Of a stretch of DNA of 64,000 nt, positions 12,547-22,036 are shown piece by piece. Location: assembly GCA_966250375.1 (NCBI GenBank), contig CBINHE010000002.1, forward strand, positions 7,961 to 71,960. Direction: 5' to 3'. Source of the stretch: an uncultured Oxalobacteraceae bacterium (GTDB lineage: Bacteria; Pseudomonadota; Gammaproteobacteria; Burkholderiales; Burkholderiaceae_D). Every line of letters begins with the position of its first letter. Position 1 is the first letter of the stretch. The notes beneath the pieces were generated by a model, which saw only the letters and a list, made by a program, of their open reading frames with translations, ran no database searches and was not told the origin of the DNA. The position numbers and the translations under genes were made by a program.

Positions 12547-13305
12547 ATGCAAATCGAAAACAGCGTATTCATTATCACCGGTGGCGCGTCCGGGTTGGGT
12601 GCCGCGACCGCGCGCATGATCGTCGACAGCGGCGGCAAAGTAGTATTGGCCGATGTGCAAGTTGACGCCGGCGAGAAACTCGCTGATGAATTGAAAGGCA
12701 AGTTCATCAAATGCGATGTCACCTCCGAAGCCGATGGTAAAGCGGTGGTCGATGCCGCGACCTCGATGGGCACTTTGCGCGGTCTGGTCAATTGCGCCGG
12801 TGTGGCGCCCGCGATAAAAACGGTCGGCAAAGACGGCCCGCATCCGCTGGATGCATTTCAGCGCACGATCAATATCAATCTGGTGGGCACCTTCAACATG
12901 GCGCGTCTGGCCGCCGATGCGATGGCCAAGACCGACGCCACCAACCAGGGCGAGCGCGGCGTAATCATCAATACCGCATCGGTTGCTGCGTTCGACGGCC
13001 AGATCGGGCAAGCCGCGTATGCATCATCGAAAGCCGCGGTGGCCGGCATGACGCTGCCGATGGCGCGCGATCTGTCACGCAACGGTATTCGCGTGATGAC
13101 GATTGCTCCCGGCATCTTCGAGACGCCAATGCTGCTTGGTATGCCGCAAGAAGTGCAGGATGCGTTGGGCCGCATGGTGCCGTTCCCGCCGCGTCTGGGT
13201 CGCCCGGCGGAATATGCGCATCTGGCCAAGACGATTATCGAGAACGTGATGTTGAATGGTGAAACGATCCGTCTCGATGGCGCGATCCGCATGCAACCGA
13301 AGTAA
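12547..13305 (+). CDS. Short-chain dehydrogenase, 3-hydroxyacyl-CoA / 3-hydroxy-2-methylbutyryl-CoA dehydrogenase type
   Basis: ITGGASGLG cofactor motif, YASSKAAV catalytic motif, overall similarity to type II HADH. Confidence 0.85.
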   Translation: MQIENSVFIITGGASGLGAATARMIVDSGGKVVLADVQVDAGEKLADELKGKFIKCDVTSEADGKAVVDAATSMGTLRGLVNCAGVAPAIKTVGKDGPHPLDAFQRTININLVGTFNMARLAADAMAKTDATNQGERGVIINTASVAAFDGQIGQAAYASSKAAVAGMTLPMARDLSRNGIRVMTIAPGIFETPMLLGMPQEVQDALGRMVPFPPRLGRPAEYAHLAKTIIENVMLNGETIRLDGAIRMQPK

Positions 13306-13441
13306 TCGCGATAAGAACAATTCATCTGCGGTATTTTTTTCGTCAAAAAAGACACCGAGACTGCAGGCGTAATCGATTGCTGTCGATTGCAAGGATTGAA
13401 ATGTGCAATGACAGTCGCAGCCAAGTTGGCTATACGCACTA

Positions 13442-13470
13442 GGCAAGCTTCGCGCTTGCCTTTTTATTTT
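13442..13470 (+). terminator. Hairpin plus T-run directly upstream of ggt
   Basis: ggcaagc-ttcgc-gcttgcc followed by tttttatttt. Confidence 0.55.
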
Positions 13471-13481
13471 CAGAGGCGCTA

Positions 13482-15275
13482 ATGATCAGAGCCAGATTGA
13501 TTTCCATCGCGTTTGCCGCAGCGCTGTCAAGTGCATGCACGACTGCGCCGACTTTCCAGCACAAGGTACCCGAAACCGGCATGCAGGCACCGGAGGCGGC
13601 GAGCGGCTATGCCGAGAAAGCCGGCGTGGTGTCGAAAAAATTCATGGTCGCCGCGGCCAGTCCACTGGCGACCGATGCCGGCTATCAGATCCTGAAGGCG
13701 GGCGGCTCTGCGATCGATGCGGCAATTGCAACACAGATGGTACTGACGTTGGTGGAACCGCAGTCGTCCGGCATTGGCGGTGGCGCTTTCCTGATGCATT
13801 TCGATGGCAGCACAGTCAAGGCGTTTGATGGGCGCGAGACTGCGCCTGCTACCGCCACTGAAAAACTATTTCAGACGGCGGACGGCAAGGCCATGAGCTT
13901 TTACGATGGCGTGGTCGGCGGCCGTTCGACCGGCGTGCCCGGCGTGTTACGCATGCTGGAATTGGCGCACAAGCAGTATGGAAAGCTGCCTTGGGCGACA
14001 TTGTTTGTGCCGGCGATCAAACTGGCCAATGACGGCTTTGCGGTCAGCCCGCGTTTGCATACCTTGCTCAAGTCCGAAAAATACCTGAAAAACGATGCAG
14101 AGGCTGCCGCGTATTTTTACGATCAGGAAGGCAATCCGCGATCGGTCGGTCATGTACTGAAAAATCCTGAACTGGCGAACGTACTGCGCGAAATCGCTAC
14201 CGGCGGCGCCGACGCTTTTTATAAAGGCTACATTGCGCAAGACATCGAAGCCAAAGTCAAAAGCCATCCGGCCAATCCGGGCGGCTTGAGCGCTGCCGAT
14301 ATTGCCGGCTACCAGGCGAAAGTGCGCGAGCCGGTCTGCACCGATTACAAAAAATGGATCGTGTGCGGCATGCCGCCGCCATCATCCGGCGGCATCGCGA
14401 TTGCGCAAATGCTGGGTATGCTGGAGACCCGGGATATCAGCGGTTTTGCGCCGAAAGAGGGGAGGCCGAATGCGGATGCGATTCACCTGTTTTCGGAAGC
14501 GGGACGTCTTGCCTATGCAGATCGCGGCCGCTATGTGGCCGATACCGATTTTGTGCCGCTGCCGGGCAACAGCATCAAGCCATTGTTGGATAAAAAGTAC
14601 TTGGCCGAGCGCGCTGCATTTATCACCGACAAATCGATGGGGCCAGCCAAGTTCGGTACGCCGCCCGCAATGAGTGTTGCATGGGGTTTGGACACCTCGC
14701 CCGAATTGCCTTCGACATCGCACATTTCGATCGTCGACGCCAACGGTAATGCGATCTCGATGACGACCACGATCGAAGATGCATTTGGCTCGCGCCAGAT
14801 GGTCGACGGTTTTTTACTCAACAACCAGTTGACCGATTTCTCCTTCGATGTCGCCGATGCGAATGGCCCGATCGCGAATCGGGTACAGCCCGGCAAGCGG
14901 CCGCGCAGTTCGATGGCGCCGACTTTCGTGTTCGACAAGGACAGCAAGAAGCTGCTGTTGTCGACCGGTTCGCCGGGCGGTTCCGCGATCATCAATTACA
15001 TCGGCAAGGTATTGGTCGGCACGATGGATTGGGGATTGAATGTGCAGCAGGCAATCAGCTTGCCGAACTTCGGTAGTCGCAACGGTCCTACCGAGCTGGA
15101 GCAGGGGCGCGTATCGGATGCCTTGGTCGAGGCGCTGAAGGCCAAAGGCCATAACGTGCGGGTGATGGAACAAACCTCCGGCTTGCAAGGCATCATGCGT
15201 GTGAATATCCATGGTGAAGAGATGTGGTTCGGCGGCGCCGACCCGCGGCGCGAGGGTATCGTGAAAGGCGATTGA
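13482..15275 (+). CDS. ggt: Gamma-glutamyltransferase (periplasmic/lipoprotein precursor)
   Basis: Signal/lipobox-like N-terminus (AAALSSAC). GGGAF, the autoprocessing site PSTSHISIVD and GSPGGSAI motifs. Confidence 0.95.
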   Translation: MIRARLISIAFAAALSSACTTAPTFQHKVPETGMQAPEAASGYAEKAGVVSKKFMVAAASPLATDAGYQILKAGGSAIDAAIATQMVLTLVEPQSSGIGGGAFLMHFDGSTVKAFDGRETAPATATEKLFQTADGKAMSFYDGVVGGRSTGVPGVLRMLELAHKQYGKLPWATLFVPAIKLANDGFAVSPRLHTLLKSEKYLKNDAEAAAYFYDQEGNPRSVGHVLKNPELANVLREIATGGADAFYKGYIAQDIEAKVKSHPANPGGLSAADIAGYQAKVREPVCTDYKKWIVCGMPPPSSGGIAIAQMLGMLETRDISGFAPKEGRPNADAIHLFSEAGRLAYADRGRYVADTDFVPLPGNSIKPLLDKKYLAERAAFITDKSMGPAKFGTPPAMSVAWGLDTSPELPSTSHISIVDANGNAISMTTTIEDAFGSRQMVDGFLLNNQLTDFSFDVADANGPIANRVQPGKRPRSSMAPTFVFDKDSKKLLLSTGSPGGSAIINYIGKVLVGTMDWGLNVQQAISLPNFGSRNGPTELEQGRVSDALVEALKAKGHNVRVMEQTSGLQGIMRVNIHGEEMWFGGADPRREGIVKGD

Positions 15276-15299
15276 CTTTCCGCTTGAACGCACATCAAT

Positions 15300-15328
15300 A
15301 CGCCGGGTTTGACCGGCGTTGTTTTTTT
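15300..15328 (+). terminator. Rho-independent terminator after ggt
   Basis: cgccggg-tttga-ccggcg followed by a T-run. Confidence 0.6.
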
Positions 15329-15385
15329 AATGCAGCAATGGCCTCTGTTCTCCACAAACAATAAACTCCCTGCTAATCTCTTGCT

Positions 15386-16612
15386 ATGGGAGACAAAAAG
15401 AAAACAGGACTTGTTTTGACCGGAGGCGGTGCGCGAGCAGCGTACCAAGTCGGTGTTTTGCAAGCTATTTCTTCCATTCTGCAGGAAGCCGGTTGGGCAC
15501 CGGATCGCAATCCCTACGATATCATTTGCGGTACCTCCGCTGGCGCCATCAATGCGACCGCGCTTGCGTGCCATGCCGACAATTTCGGCGAGGGGCTGGA
15601 AAAGGTTGTGCGTATCTGGGAACACTTCACGGTCGAGCAGGTATACCGCGCCGACTCGCTGGGTGTAATGCGTTCAAGTGCGAAATGGCTGTCACTGTTG
15701 TCGTTCGGCTGGCTACTGCGCAAATGGCATGCGCATCCGCCGAGCTCGCTGCTGGATAATACGCCCCTGGTCACGTTGTTGAACCGGATGCTGAATTTTC
15801 CGCGGCTCGATGCCGCGCTGCTGGACGGCTCATTGCATGCGCTGGCAGTGACCGCATCGTCGTACACGGCTGGGCAGCACATCACTTTTTATCAGACCGA
15901 GGCGGATATCGAGCCGTGGATACGCATGCAGCGTATTGCCATGCGCAGCCAGATCGGCCTTGAACATTTACTGGCCTCTTCCGCTATTCCGCTGATTTTT
16001 CCGGCGACACCGATTTACTGCGACGGCCGTCGCGAATACTTCGGCGATGGATCGATGCGCCAACTGGCGCCGATTTCCCCTGCAATTCATTTGGGCGCCG
16101 AAAAGGTGCTGGTGATCGGCGCGGGACGACTGGTCGAACCGGCGCGCGATACGTCGCAATTTGCGCAGTATCCCAGTCTGGCGCAAATTGCCGGTCATGC
16201 GATGTCCAGCATCTTCCTCGATAGTCTGGCGATCGATATCGAGCGGATGAATCGTATTAATTTGACACTCTCATTCTTAACGGAAGAGCAAAAAGCCAAG
16301 ACGCCGTTGCGGCCGATCGAGATGCTGATCATTGCGCCGTCCGAGCGCCTGGACGAAATAGCGAGCCGCTACGTCGGCAGCTTGCCCGGCCCGATCAGAA
16401 TGATGCTGGCAGGGATCGGAGCGACCGAGGTGCGGGGCTCGGCGCTGGCATCGTATCTGTTATTTGAATCCAGCTATACCTGTGAACTCATCCGACTGGG
16501 GCAGCGCGACGTATTTGCGCGCCGCGCGGATGTGCTGACATTTTTCGGTGCAGAAAACGGCGCCAACACTTCTCTCGGTGGCATCGTAACGAATTCGAGT
16601 GTAAGTGCGTAG
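15386..16612 (+). CDS. Patatin-like phospholipase
   Basis: [13 protein letters not shown] oxyanion motif, GTSAGA (GxSxG), DGS Asp dyad region. Confidence 0.85.
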   Translation: MGDKKKTGLVLTGGGARAAYQVGVLQAISSILQEAGWAPDRNPYDIICGTSAGAINATALACHADNFGEGLEKVVRIWEHFTVEQVYRADSLGVMRSSAKWLSLLSFGWLLRKWHAHPPSSLLDNTPLVTLLNRMLNFPRLDAALLDGSLHALAVTASSYTAGQHITFYQTEADIEPWIRMQRIAMRSQIGLEHLLASSAIPLIFPATPIYCDGRREYFGDGSMRQLAPISPAIHLGAEKVLVIGAGRLVEPARDTSQFAQYPSLAQIAGHAMSSIFLDSLAIDIERMNRINLTLSFLTEEQKAKTPLRPIEMLIIAPSERLDEIASRYVGSLPGPIRMMLAGIGATEVRGSALASYLLFESSYTCELIRLGQRDVFARRADVLTFFGAENGANTSLGGIVTNSSVSA

Positions 16613-16673
16613 GATACGGAAGCTTCGAAAATCAAAAAGACCAATCATGCCGTTCAAGGCGTGAATGAAGCGA

Positions 16674-17021
16674 TCAATCGTCATTGTGATAGCGGTGGTG
16701 CCTCCAGGGATGGTGTTTTTTGTAACGTACTTCTTCAACATAGTACGGTTGCGGGTAGTAACCGCGGTATTGCACAACCGGCGCGCGCTCCACATACACG
16801 GGTTGCGGCCGCACATACACGCGTTGCGGTTGCACATATACAGGCTGCGGCTGCACATAAACGACCGGCGGGTCATAAACTGGTGCTGGATAGGGAGTGC
16901 CGACACTAACCGACCAATTCACGCGGGCGTGATCATGTGCCATTGCCAATGGGGTGCTTAACATCAAGACTGCACCTGCGATTGATGCTGTGATTGCTAT
17001 TCTAGAAACGTTTTTCATCAT
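16674..17021 (-). CDS. Small secreted His/Pro-rich repeat protein (PxPV-type heptad repeats)
   Basis: Signal peptide ending AMA-HD. Four tandem VYV[QR]PQ[PR]-like heptads. His-rich termini (HDHARV, HHPWRHHRYH). Confidence 0.6.
   Translation of the reverse strand: MMKNVSRIAITASIAGAVLMLSTPLAMAHDHARVNWSVSVGTPYPAPVYDPPVVYVQPQPVYVQPQRVYVRPQPVYVERAPVVQYRGYYPQPYYVEEVRYKKHHPWRHHRYHNDD
16791..16874. repeat. Four imperfect in-frame 21-bp tandem repeats
   Basis: cacatacacgggttgcggccg / cacatacacgcgttgcggttg / cacatatacaggctgcggctg / cacataaacgaccggcgggtc. Confidence 0.85.
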
Positions 17022-17229
17022 GGTCCTCCTTCAATATTGCGGCACATAACCCATCTCTATTTAACGCCAGAATCGTGGCAAAGGACTACAGAGGATTGGC
17101 AAGATCGCGGTAATTATTGAAACAATTTGTATCCATACAGGTTGATTCGTTTAGTACAACACGTTACCCTACGGTATCTAAGTTTTTAATTATTGTCTTA
17201 TTTGCAATGAAAGACATAAGGAAGCAACT

Positions 17230-17604
17230 GTGAATGCCAATGCACTGAGAAGTGGCTTACTTTATCTCGTTGCGTTATTTTTGTCTTTTCAGGTTTTTGC
17301 AAGAGATGCGGTATCGATCGGGACGATTTCATGGGCTGGTTTGCCGGTCGAAGCGAGGAAGACGCTGGTATTGATCAAGCAGGGTGGGCCTTTTCCATAT
17401 GCCAAGGACGGTGCCGTATTTGGCAATTATGAGGGGATTTTACCCAAGCAGAAGCGCGGGTATTATCACGAGTTTACGGTCAAGACCGCGGGAGCGCACA
17501 ACCGTGGCGCACGACGCATTATTGTCGGCGGCGAGCCGGTGGCGTCACAGGATTTTTATTTTACCGACGATCATTATGCGACGTTCAAGCGAATAAAAGA
17601 GTAA
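17230..17604 (+). CDS. Secreted guanyl-specific ribonuclease (barnase/RNase Sa/N1-T1 family)
   Basis: Signal peptide. GGPFPY..DG..F.N.EG.LP, GYYHEFTV (catalytic Glu), ARRIIVGG, YFTDDHYATF (catalytic His). GTG start. Confidence 0.85.
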   Translation: MNANALRSGLLYLVALFLSFQVFARDAVSIGTISWAGLPVEARKTLVLIKQGGPFPYAKDGAVFGNYEGILPKQKRGYYHEFTVKTAGAHNRGARRIIVGGEPVASQDFYFTDDHYATFKRIKE

Positions 17605-17608
17605 TGGC

Positions 17609-18067
17609 ATGCGAACAGAGTCACTGCACAGAATAAATGCAACTATGACCACACGAGTTGAGGGAGAAATGAACCTGTTGACAACCGTGCCACCCAATGT
17701 GGTGCAGTCCATCCGTGCATTCCGCGTGACTGATTTGCAGGAAGAGGCAGCTCGACTTGGACACCATTTCCTGTACGCATACTGTGCAGAAGCGACAACC
17801 AAGCAGCAAGTTCTGGCTATCATCGCTGACGCGTTTCATTTTCCGAAACACTTCGGCAAGAATTTCGACGCGCTGGGTGATTGCCTGACGGATTTGGCGC
17901 ATAAAGCGGGACCGCAGCCCGGTTTCCTGGTGGTTTTGGAACAATTGCCGAATACCCCGAAGTTCGATAAGGAAGCACGCGAAACGCTGCTGGACGTGTT
18001 CCGCGATGCGGCCGATTTTTGGGCTGATAAAAAGGTCTCGTTTCGCGTGTTTTATTCCTTCCAATAA
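17609..18067 (+). CDS. Barstar-family ribonuclease inhibitor
   Basis: Starts 4 nt after the RNase stop. FHFPKHFGKNFDALGDCLTDL barstar signature. True start could be the internal MNLL. Confidence 0.8.
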   Translation: MRTESLHRINATMTTRVEGEMNLLTTVPPNVVQSIRAFRVTDLQEEAARLGHHFLYAYCAEATTKQQVLAIIADAFHFPKHFGKNFDALGDCLTDLAHKAGPQPGFLVVLEQLPNTPKFDKEARETLLDVFRDAADFWADKKVSFRVFYSFQ

Positions 18068-18159
18068 ACACCACGCTGTCACGAAGCGCTAAAACGCCGA
18101 CCTTTTTTATTGGCTTGACGCCGGCATCCGGACCGCAACGGTACGGTACAATGCGCGCC

Positions 18160-18774
18160 ATGAGAAATATCGTTATTTTGATTTCAGGGCGTGGCAGCAA
18201 TATGCAAGCCATCGTCCGTGCTGCGCAGGCGGAACAATGGCCGGCCAGGATCGCTGCGGTGATCAGCAATAAGGCCGATGCTGAAGGATTAGTGTTCGCT
18301 GCGGAACAAGGCATCCCGACCGCAGTCGTAGCCAATAAGAATTTCCCCACGCGTGAGGCATTCGATGCTGCACTCCAAGTCGCGATTGACCGGTTCGCGC
18401 CCGATCTGGTGGTGCTCGCAGGCTTTATGCGCATTCTTACGGCGCCGTTCGTCGAACATTACGCCGGCCGCATGCTCAATATTCATCCATCATTGTTGCC
18501 GAGTTTTCCCGGCCTCTCAACGCATCGCCAGGCGTTGGCAGCAGGCGTCAAGGTACATGGCGCCACAGTGCATTTTGTCACGGCGGACCTTGACCATGGG
18601 CCGGTTGTGGCGCAAGCGGTAGTGCCAGTACTGGCCGGCGACACGGAAGAGATGCTGTCCTCACGCGTGCTGGTTCAGGAACATGTGATTTATCCGCGCG
18701 CTGTTCGCTCGTTCATCGAGGGCAAGCTGACTCTCGAAAACAGCCACGTGCATGTCGTCACAGACCTGCAGTAG
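18160..18774 (+). CDS. purN: Phosphoribosylglycinamide formyltransferase
   Basis: VILISGRGSNMQAI, LAGFMRIL, NIHPSLLP, HGATVHFV motifs. ATG 18160 chosen over the ORF-track start 18115. Confidence 0.93.
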   Translation: MRNIVILISGRGSNMQAIVRAAQAEQWPARIAAVISNKADAEGLVFAAEQGIPTAVVANKNFPTREAFDAALQVAIDRFAPDLVVLAGFMRILTAPFVEHYAGRMLNIHPSLLPSFPGLSTHRQALAAGVKVHGATVHFVTADLDHGPVVAQAVVPVLAGDTEEMLSSRVLVQEHVIYPRAVRSFIEGKLTLENSHVHVVTDLQ

Positions 18775-18809
18775 CACGGCAGCAAACAAGATTATTAGAA
18801 GGATTCTGT

Positions 18810-20066
18810 ATGAGATTGCCACCAGCCGTCGTTGGCTTCACGGAAGAAGTGCTACGCGAGATTTTGCGTTTTACCGGCCCGGCGGACGTTACCTTGTCAC
18901 GTTATTTTAAAGATCACCCCAAGATCGGTTCCCGCGAACGGGGTGCAATCGCCGAGGGCGTGTATGGCCTTTTGCGCAACAAATCCGTATACGCGAGTTT
19001 CTCCGAATCCGGAGCCGGCCCGACAATGCGACGCTTGACCTTGCTCGGTTTGGCCGATGCCGTCGGTGTTGATGCACTCGGTGGATTGTCGGTTGAAGAA
19101 ACCGACTGGCTGAACCGCGTGATGCAAATCGACCGTGCTACCTTGCCCGCCGCGTTGCGTGCGAACTTTCCGCAATGGTTGTTCGACAAGCTGGTTGCAC
19201 GGCATGGCGAGGAAAAAATGCTGCAACTGGCTGAGGCATTGAACCGGCCAGCGCCGCTAGATCTGCGTGTCAACGCACTGAAATCCACGCGTGATGACGT
19301 GATCGCTGAACTGGCGACAGCACCGATCCTGTGCGAGCCGACGCCTTATGCGCCGTTGGGTATCCGGATACTGAAAAAGCCCGCGCTGCAGAATCTTCCA
19401 TTGTTCAAAAACGGTTCGATCGAAGTGCAGGACGAGGGCAGTCAATTATTGTCCCAGGTAGTTGGTGCCAGACGCGGCGAGATGGTCGTCGATTTCTGCG
19501 CCGGTGCCGGCGGCAAGACCTTGGCCCTGGGTGCAGCGATGCGCAACACAGGACGCCTGTACGCATTTGACGTATCGGAAAAGCGTTTGGGTAAACTGAA
19601 ACCGCGCCTGGCCAGAAGCGGCCTGTCGAATGTGCATCCAGTGTTGATCGCGCATGAAAATGATGCAAAAATCAAGCGTTTGGCCGGAAAAATCGACCGT
19701 GTATTGGTCGATGCGCCGTGCAGCGGTTTGGGCACCTTGCGCCGCAATCCCGACGTCAAATGGCGCCAGACATCGGTGTCCCTGGTCGAATTGAATGCCA
19801 AGCAGATTGCCATCTTGTCCGGCGCCGCGCGCTTGGTGAAGCCAGGTGGGCGGCTAGTCTATGCGACTTGCAGTTTGCTCGACGAAGAGAATGAGGCGAT
19901 CGTCACGCAGTTCATGTCTTTTCATGAGGATTTTGTGCTGGTGCCGATGAAAGACGTGTTGGCCGAACAAAAAATAGTGCTGGACATGCAGGACTACTTG
20001 ACGCTTGTGCCGCATGAGCATCAAACAGACGGTTTTTTTGCCGCGGTACTTGAACGTAAAAAATGA
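18810..20066 (+). CDS. NOL1/NOP2/Sun-family RNA m5C methyltransferase (RsmB/RsmF-like)
   Basis: VDFCAGAGGKT SAM motif, DAPCSGLGTLRRNPD and YATCS catalytic Cys motifs. Confidence 0.85.
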   Translation: MRLPPAVVGFTEEVLREILRFTGPADVTLSRYFKDHPKIGSRERGAIAEGVYGLLRNKSVYASFSESGAGPTMRRLTLLGLADAVGVDALGGLSVEETDWLNRVMQIDRATLPAALRANFPQWLFDKLVARHGEEKMLQLAEALNRPAPLDLRVNALKSTRDDVIAELATAPILCEPTPYAPLGIRILKKPALQNLPLFKNGSIEVQDEGSQLLSQVVGARRGEMVVDFCAGAGGKTLALGAAMRNTGRLYAFDVSEKRLGKLKPRLARSGLSNVHPVLIAHENDAKIKRLAGKIDRVLVDAPCSGLGTLRRNPDVKWRQTSVSLVELNAKQIAILSGAARLVKPGGRLVYATCSLLDEENEAIVTQFMSFHEDFVLVPMKDVLAEQKIVLDMQDYLTLVPHEHQTDGFFAAVLERKK

Positions 20067-20626
20067 GGCAATGGCTCGCCATTGGCGTAACATGCATTTG
20101 CACCGGCATCGTTGCGCCCCATGCCATCGCACGAGACGCCGCCCCGGCGATGGCCGCACAAGGCACGCTGCAAGCCGCATTTGCGCCATGGGATGATGTT
20201 GAAGGCGTGATCATCGATGAAATCGCTGGCGCACGCAGGCAAGTGCTGGTGCAGGCCTATTTATTGACCAGCAAGAAGATCGCGAATGCGCTGATCGCTG
20301 CATACCGACGTGGTGTTGACGTGCGCGTATTGGCCGATGCGGAACAACTCTCCAAAACCGAATCGTCAATGCTGCCGGACTTGGCAGCTACCGGCATTCC
20401 AGTGTGGCTGGAGACGAAATATCAAAATGCCCACAACAAGATTGTCGTGATTGATGCTGCGACGCCGGACGCCACTGTGATCACCGGCAGTTTCAATTTC
20501 ACTTGGAACGCGCAGCACAAGAATGCCGAAAATATCATCATCGTGCGCAGAAACCCCTCGCTCGCATCCCAATACACGTTGAATTGGGAGCGGCATCGAC
20601 AAGACGCAATGCAATATAAAAAATGA
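20063..20626 (+). CDS. Secreted single-HKD phospholipase D-family protein (Nuc-like endonuclease)
   Basis: Signal peptide (..PHAIA-RD). HNKIVVID....GSFNFT..A...N.EN HKD motif. ATGA overlap with the upstream gene. Confidence 0.85.
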   Translation: MRQWLAIGVTCICTGIVAPHAIARDAAPAMAAQGTLQAAFAPWDDVEGVIIDEIAGARRQVLVQAYLLTSKKIANALIAAYRRGVDVRVLADAEQLSKTESSMLPDLAATGIPVWLETKYQNAHNKIVVIDAATPDATVITGSFNFTWNAQHKNAENIIIVRRNPSLASQYTLNWERHRQDAMQYKK

Positions 20627-21915
20627 CGACAGCTCCGCTCTCCAGTCTCTGGCTCGATCTTTGGTCCGATTTGCAGGATCCCGGCATGCTGTGGCAAATC
20701 GGTGCTCTGGTTATTTGCGTTGTGGCCGGGTGGGGATTAGCGCGGGCATTGCGGGCGACGGTTGCCGTGAAGGATGTGCAATTGGGGGTGATGCGTGTGG
20801 GAGTCGAGAGTTTTTCTCGCGTTCTTTCTCCGCTCTTGGCGTTGACCTTGATCGTAATTGCAAAACCGCTGCTCGCGAAATGGCATCATATCAATCTGCT
20901 GCGCGTCGCCATACCGTTGGTCGCATCATTCGCGCTGATTCGTCTGGCGTTCTATGTACTGCGACGGATTTTTGTCCGAGGCGGCCAAGTCGGCAGTTTT
21001 ATGCTGTTGTTTGAAAAGGTCTTTGCTGCCCTAGTCTGGGCCTGTGTTGCCCTTTATATCACGGGATTGTGGCCCGAGCTCATACGGTATCTCGAAGAGG
21101 TCGTGATTCCGGTCGGGCGTAACAAGATACCTCTATTGGTTATTTGGCAAGCCGCGGTGTCAGTTATCGTAACGTTGCTGCTCGCGCTTTGGGCCGGTGC
21201 GGCGCTCGAAGACCGCCTGATGCAATTGGACACCGTGCATTCGTCATTGCGGGCAGCAATGGCGCGCATGGGGCGTGCATTGTTGGTCGTCGTCGCAGTG
21301 TTGTTGAGCCTGTCATCGGTCGGTATCGATTTAACGGTCTTGTCCGTTTTTGGCGGCGCGTTGGGGGTCGGTATCGGCCTCGGATTGCAGAAAATTGTGA
21401 GCAGCTATGTATCGGGCTTCGTGATTCTGCTGGAACGCAGTTTGGCGGTGGGCGACATGGTCGCAGTTGATAAGTACTACGGCAAGGTGACGCAAATTAA
21501 TACCCGCTATACCATCGTGCAAGGCTTGGATGGCATCGAATCTGTCGTGCCCAACGATATGCTGATATTGAGCCCGGTACAGAATTATTCGCTGACCGAT
21601 AGGACATTACGGCTGGCGACGCATGTCAGCGTAAGTTATCAAACAAATATTGATGATGCCATACGATGGTTGGAAGAAGCGACTGCAAGCGTCGCTCGGG
21701 TCTTGAAAAAACCGGCGCCGCAAGCAATGCTGATCAAGTTTGGTGCGGACGGGCTGGAACTGGAAATCGGCTTCTGGATTGCGGACCCCGAAAATGGGCG
21801 CCTTAATGTGCTGTCCGACGTCAATCGCGCAATCTGGGCAGCCCTGCAAAATCATCAAATCACAGAACCGTATCTGCAACGTGAAATGAGGCTGATTGGC
21901 GAAGTAAAGGCATGA
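20623..21915 (+). CDS. MscS-family mechanosensitive channel
   Basis: Several N-terminal TM segments, then SVFGGALGVGIGLGLQ pore helix and beta-domain (GDMV.V....G.V..I..R.T). ATGA overlap with the PLD gene. Confidence 0.85.
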   Translation: MTTAPLSSLWLDLWSDLQDPGMLWQIGALVICVVAGWGLARALRATVAVKDVQLGVMRVGVESFSRVLSPLLALTLIVIAKPLLAKWHHINLLRVAIPLVASFALIRLAFYVLRRIFVRGGQVGSFMLLFEKVFAALVWACVALYITGLWPELIRYLEEVVIPVGRNKIPLLVIWQAAVSVIVTLLLALWAGAALEDRLMQLDTVHSSLRAAMARMGRALLVVVAVLLSLSSVGIDLTVLSVFGGALGVGIGLGLQKIVSSYVSGFVILLERSLAVGDMVAVDKYYGKVTQINTRYTIVQGLDGIESVVPNDMLILSPVQNYSLTDRTLRLATHVSVSYQTNIDDAIRWLEEATASVARVLKKPAPQAMLIKFGADGLELEIGFWIADPENGRLNVLSDVNRAIWAALQNHQITEPYLQREMRLIGEVKA

Positions 21916-22036
21916 CCCTTTTGGTAATAGGCCTTAACCTGTAAAAAGCGTACAATGCGGAACAAAAATCAATGTGCGTTCCCTATTGGCGTTCAACAGG
22001 CGAATCGCGACGATGGAGTTAGCTTAGGAGTGGGAA

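Noticed and set aside
15386-16612. Patatin-like phospholipase as a possible CBASS-type or other defence effector.
   Set aside because: There is no cyclase/nucleotidyltransferase, sensor or other defence gene adjacent. The neighbours are ggt and a small secreted protein, so it looks like a stand-alone housekeeping lipase.
20063-20626. PLD/Nuc-like nuclease as part of a restriction or defence module.
   Set aside because: It carries a signal peptide, so it is likely periplasmic or extracellular. No methylase specific for DNA, helicase or ATPase partner is present. The adjacent methyltransferase has RNA m5C (NOL1/NOP2/Sun) motifs.
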